A stretch of DNA of 64,000 bases from Andalucia godoyi And28 (taxonomy: Eukaryota; Protista; Jakobida), in the NCBI GenBank assembly GCA_009859145.1, contig VRVR01000016.1, forward strand, positions 112,594 through 176,593, in the 5' to 3' direction. The position numbers and the translations under genes were made by a program. Of this stretch, positions 58,741 to 64,000 are shown one piece after another. How positions within the stretch are numbered: the stretch's first letter is position 1; every line of letters begins with the position of its first letter. Under the pieces are notes generated by a model that made no database searches, was not told where the DNA came from, and was given only the letters and a program-made list of their open reading frames with translations.

Positions 58741-61700
58741 TTAAATAAAGGAGAATCCAACGCACTCCATAATAGCAATTTCGAGCTTCTTTCGAAGAGT
58801 TTCTTCGTCGTCATACGGCGGCAGTTCTATTTGATTGATGCATGCATGAGCAGTGGGAAGGCGGTTCATCTCGCCGGCCCGGACGATTTTGAACTTGTTC
58901 TCGCCGGCTCCCCCGCCGAGCATGGCAAATCCTCCTGCGGGAACGACTGGAGAACCATGTACAAAATCCAGAAGACGCGCACGCTGCAATGCGTTCATTT
59001 TCCGGACGACGTTCCAGAAGAAACGGACAGTGGACGCTTCTTCTCCGGGATAACCTTCATACGACGTGTTGCGAGCCCAATCCTCAACATCGATTTCCTG
59101 AAGACCGTGAATGAACAAAGAGACTTCCGAAGGCGTGAACACGTCCAGCAGTGACAACGGAATAATAGTCGATAGACCTCGCACCAAGTGCAGCCATAGA
59201 TGGTTTCGTTCCTGGGGCAAATCACCCGGGCAGCAGTCCGGATCTGCAACAGGGAACACACTGCTGACGCCCGAAGGACCATACAATGCATTTCGAACAT
59301 ATGCGGCGGCGAACAAGCGCACATATGCGTGCACATTGTCCGAATTGACCGAGATGAATGCGCCGTCTTTGATGAGAGGGCAGCCATCGGAAAACGTAAA
59401 CTGCAAGTCCAATGCAGCAAGATCGGAGGCTGGCATGTCAACCAGCGCAAGAAGAGTCTTTCCAAAATGCGGATCCAACGCCTCCAAGTCGGTGATCTTC
59501 ACGGGACGCCCAAGCAATACCTTGATGAACAAGCGCGAAAGTTTGGACGGCATTTGCACATCATGTCGGGCAATGGTCATTCCGAGCAGCTGACCGAGGA
59601 CACGCAGTCTGCGACGAAGCGACACGGAAGGTGAGGAACCCAAAGTCTGCGAAATTGCATTCGCTGCAAACATCACATCCGAGTTGCTCTGCGATACTGG
59701 AGCGAACAGAGGCAGTGTAGACGGGGGCTGCGGTTTGAAAAGCAATTGTTCGAAGGAAGATCTGAGAAATTCTCGTTCGGGACCCGCCCCAGAACCAAGA
59801 TCGTTGGCAAACTGAACATCCAGGCCAGATCGAAGATTGGCCGGGTGAACATTTGACCGACGTGCAATGGCAGGACTTGACGACCCTCGTTGCTCTGCAT
59901 GCGGCGATCGCGAGCTGTCGTCGTCGATGTCAGGAAAAACCAATACCTGCAGTAAGAAGTCGGATTCTCGACCACGCTCAACGTCTCGAATCGGCGCGTG
60001 TGAAAGGGTTCCAGTTTCATTGTCACGATTGGGGCGCAAGAATTGCTCCCCTTGAGTAGCAGGGCCAGAGCGCTCCGCGGAAAAGCATTCACGCTCCTGA
60101 ATGAGCTCCAAGGCCAAAGTAAACCAACGAGAACGCGCATTGAAATCTGCCAAAGCATGAGGATGCACCAGCAAGAATCGCAGCTCTCTCTGCAGCACGG
60201 CATGGCGGCCCCCAAATTCATCTCGCACAAGACGCGGAGACAGCGATATGGACCGCAAGGACTCATCGTGCTCCCGCAAGAACGTCTCCATTGCTGGAGG
60301 AAGACATGTCAACAAGGCAGGAGAGAAAAATTCCAATACTGGGTTATGGTCGCAAAGCTCCTCCACGGAAGACCACCAAGACGCGGTCAATTTGCACAAG
60401 CCAAGACTCCAGTCAAAGAAGCAGCAAAGAGGCGTCTGTGTTTCCCCAAGCGCAGACACGGCTGGATGCGCAGTCACGTGGTCTTCAGAAGCCTGAAACC
60501 CCCCGCGATAAATCGGGACAGCTTCAATTAACCCGCGGTGAGCCACCTGCAATGCATCATCCTCTGAAAGCGAAGAAACACTCCACGTTCGACCAAGAGA
60601 GGCGGAACGATCAGCAGAAATGGGGGATGACATCAGGGACGATTCGGGAGAGAAGGCGGTGGAAGAGCCCGACATCAATTCATTCGCCATCGAAAGACTG
60701 AGAGCACATTGCAACAACTCTCCAAGTAGTCGCTCCCGAGCAGTAAACTTATCATCCACTCGAGAGTCATATTCCTGCTTCATCCGAGAAGCAGATGGCG
60801 GCCCCGTTGCTTTCACTTTCTTGATCACGCGCTCCAGAATCTCGGAAGATCTCCACCGACGCTTGTCAAGAACTCCACCCAAACGACGGCTTATTCGCTC
60901 GAAACTGTCCGCGGAGGACAGTCCAAGTCCCAGCGCCTCGCGGAAAAATTCGAATCTTGAGCTGGAAGATGCACCCCTACTGCGAGATCTAGGACCTGCC
61001 CCCATGCCGGGGACCATATAGGATAGAATCATACTGTCGATATCCCCGCTATTGGTCATCATTCGCATGTGCTCGTTTTCGGGATCCTCAAACAATTTCA
61101 TAATCGACTCCCTGGATACATTAGAAAACTTGTTCGAAGTGAACACCGACCGAAGAGTGCCAGGCAGCGAGCCGCGGCAGAAATGACACAGAAGACTGGA
61201 AGCACGCAGCAACTCTCCAGGGAAAGGAATTCGTGCAGCCCACGCTGGTTGTGGGATGTTCGCGCGAGAATGCGCTTGACTCTGTTGTTGCTGCTGCTGT
61301 TCAATCATGTGCTGATTCAACCCAGAAGCGATGATTTCGTCAAGGAAGATCGGATCGCCGGCCGCAACTGCCCCAACTAACAATTCGCGGAAAACTTCAT
61401 TGTTCTGCACAAGTTCTTGTGCATTCTGCAACAAAGGATGCGATCGAATCACTTGCACTACTTCTGCAGGCAAGCTGTCCATGATGTTTTGGGCAGCGTC
61501 TTCCACATCCACCACCTCATCGTCATCTACGTCGGAAGAGACGTCGTCGTCATCATCCAATGCCGGCCAGGCACGCTCCGCCAAATGAAGTACGGTCGAC
61601 AACAGCGCTCGACCCAAATCAGGAGTTTTCGAAGCAATCATATTTGTGAACAGCCCAAGAACGGGCAAGAAATACGTGTAGGAGAAGCACAGCGAAGGGT

Positions 61701-63932
61701 CTGGACCGGGGGTGTGCACATTCTTCACAGACAGCAGAACCATTCGAATGACACGCTCCTCTGTGGTAGTGTCAATTGAAGAAATTGACAGTCTGGACAT
61801 CAAAAACACAGCATAGAGAGCAGAATTCGTCGCTACATGCGAAGACTGGCCAGCTTGGCACATGCCTCGAAGACGATCGAGGGAATCGAGGACATCAGCA
61901 ACGGAAACTTGCTGAGGAGTCAGCTTATTCATGACAGATACGGGCCGTGACGATTTTTCGATCAGCACACGGCACACAGCCCGGGGCAGCGGACGTTGAA
62001 CTGGCACGTGCTGAAGCAGATCCACAACGAGGTCCGCTATTTTCGAACTAGATGGAGTATGCATGGTTGGCTGTCGCATCAATGCAGAATTTTCAACGGC
62101 ATCTACAATGTCTGCCCCGACAGAGATCAAAAACAAAGCCACAGTTCGCTTTCCACGCTCAAGAGCGATCGTCAATGGGGATCGCTTGGCATTGAGCGGA
62201 TGCGCACGAGAAATCATTTGGGAACCAGAGTCGGAAGGGGAGGGCGGAGTGTCTCCGGCCCCACGGGCTCTCTTTGCCGCTTTTCCCCGAGCTGCGTTTG
62301 GTGACGGAGCCGGTTTGAGTAAAGCATAGAGCGAAGTATGCTGAAGCACAGAAAAATCCATGGATTGCACTCCAGTCACTGGATCCGCAGTCAAGGGCAC
62401 CTGACGATCATCAAAAGCGCTGAAACACGCTTCCAACGCAAAATGAATAGGGTACAGGGCTCCAGCATTATTGCTGCCGGCACCAGTGGCAGGGTCGCTG
62501 GACGCATTTGGCCTCCTGCGCGCAGAGGATGATGCTGAGGCGGCAAGGTTCACGTCCACCGGGAAATCGGCGTCCGCACCCGCACTCAGCAAGATTCCAA
62601 CTGCGCCTACATCATTCTGGGCGCATGCAATCATCAGAGGGGTCATACCGTCTGAATCTCGCATGTTGATGTCGATATTTGGAGTCAGAATGATCAACTC
62701 TTGCAGACTCTCGTGAGCGCGCGCATGTACCGAGTAATGAATCGCGGTCGAGTTGTTACGGTCCACAGATTTCAGCAATACTGCATGGTCAGTGTGATCT
62801 GGGAGAACCGTTGGAGTGACGTTGCGCACTGCGGATTGGAACAGTTCTCGTGCTTCTCGCAAACAGGGATGTCGCGGTGCAAACTGCGGGCAGGCAACAT
62901 GCGGTTCGTCGTTTAAAATACGTTCAATCGCACTGGCTCGAGTGCCCCACGATCGGGTATTCCTGATGTACTCCAGTGCAGGTGTTGGCTGGTTTCCGCT
63001 GATTGAAAATCCTGAACTGGAAGGTGCCGGAGCTGCGGACGCGGCAGCACCATTCCTCTTCGGGCTTGGCTTTCCGGCATCCCGAATTCGCGAACGGTTC
63101 ACAATAAACCGATCCGATGAATAGAACCCACATGAAAACGCGCGAGCGACTAAGGCACCGACACCGTGCTCACGACCACGACTCCCGGGTCCGCGAATGG
63201 CGCCAACCCCACCGTGCAACCCAGAAATTCCCATTCCAGGCGGGCCTCCAAGGAACATTCCCTCGATCGCCCCTCCGGCACCTGTTTCAATGATGACATT
63301 CTGGCCTCCTCCACTGCGCATCATGAAAGGCAGCAAACCCTCCATCATTTGCGAAGACTGAGGATCCATGTCAAACAGATCGTCCGGAACTCCCCGGAAG
63401 CCCGGCGGACCGCTGCGACCTCGATTCGATCCTGCCAGACCCCGCATCCTCCCGGAGTCTGATCCTAGAAGCGTACTCAGCAGCATATGTGCTAACGGAT
63501 GCCCGTGGTGACCCGAACCACTTCCATCGTCCTCGTCGTCCTCGTCTTCGTCGTCCTCATCATCCTCTTCTTCTCCTTCTCCTTCTTCATCCTCTATCAT
63601 CCCATCATCATCATCATCATCATCATCATTATTGCCACCAGTCAGATGGCGATAAGGATTCTCGTCCTCTTCATCTTGAGCAGCGTAAAACGGCGAAGTG
63701 ATATCAAACGCGTCGTTCATCTCTACATCATTCTCATCGGTCTCACCATCAAACGCACCCCACGATGACGACCCTGCCGACGCATCAGACGAATCTCTCG
63801 AAACATCCACAAACCGTCCCTGGACAGACGAGTTCGGCGATATGCGGCTTGCGTTGGATTGCCCGGAAGACAATTGCAAATGGCCCGGAGATTGTCCTTC
63901 ACCGCCGCCGCCACCGCCGCCACCGCCGCCAC

Positions 63933-63965
<33 letters not shown>

Positions 63966-64000
63966 CTGGACGATTCCGAGACGCAGTACTTCGGCCCGTT
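58741..64000 (-). CDS. Ankyrin-repeat HECT E3 ubiquitin ligase, 5'-truncated by the window edge
   Basis: The frame stays open from 63879 to the window end. Ankyrin repeats STAIHYSV..., GMTPLMIACAQND..LL..GAD. HECT motifs G.GAGPEREF, IDVEDW..NT.Y, LLDFVHG and the catalytic RLPTAHACINQIELPPY. Confidence 0.93.

Overview
This is a gene-dense, intron-poor eukaryotic (protist-like) genomic window with about 26 protein-coding genes. They include POLD1, PRIM2, NDUFAF5, AGMO, RNase T2, a Dss1/RNase II-like protein, a WAC-DDT chromatin factor, ABCG, ENT, SLC35B1 and MFS transporters, a BRSK-like kinase, saccharopine dehydrogenase and an ankyrin-HECT E3 ligase. Intergenic spacers are short and AT- or microsatellite-rich. 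All nine introns I could reconstruct use a GTATG donor. The main result, invisible in the ORF track, is four intergenic remnants of a TnpB/Fanzor (IS607-like) element. Two are ~555-bp internally deleted copies (11942-12496 on +, 47462-48013 on -). They join a Fanzor-like N-terminus (PPKRPRV NLS-like motif, then RAVRIKMHPSQE-RVTLRKW) to the RuvC-III C-terminus (IDRDW/NGARNIYLK). Both end in GNRA and UUCG hairpins resembling an omegaRNA scaffold, and both are bounded by CG at each end. Two more diverged 3'-end fragments lie at 41256-41405 and 46649-46824. No intact Fanzor or TnpA is present in the window. A secreted CHAP/NlpC-P60-like Cys-His hydrolase (8601-9065) is a second notable, possibly horizontally acquired gene. 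All assignments come from motif reading by eye; no searches or folding computations were run, and the organism is not identified.
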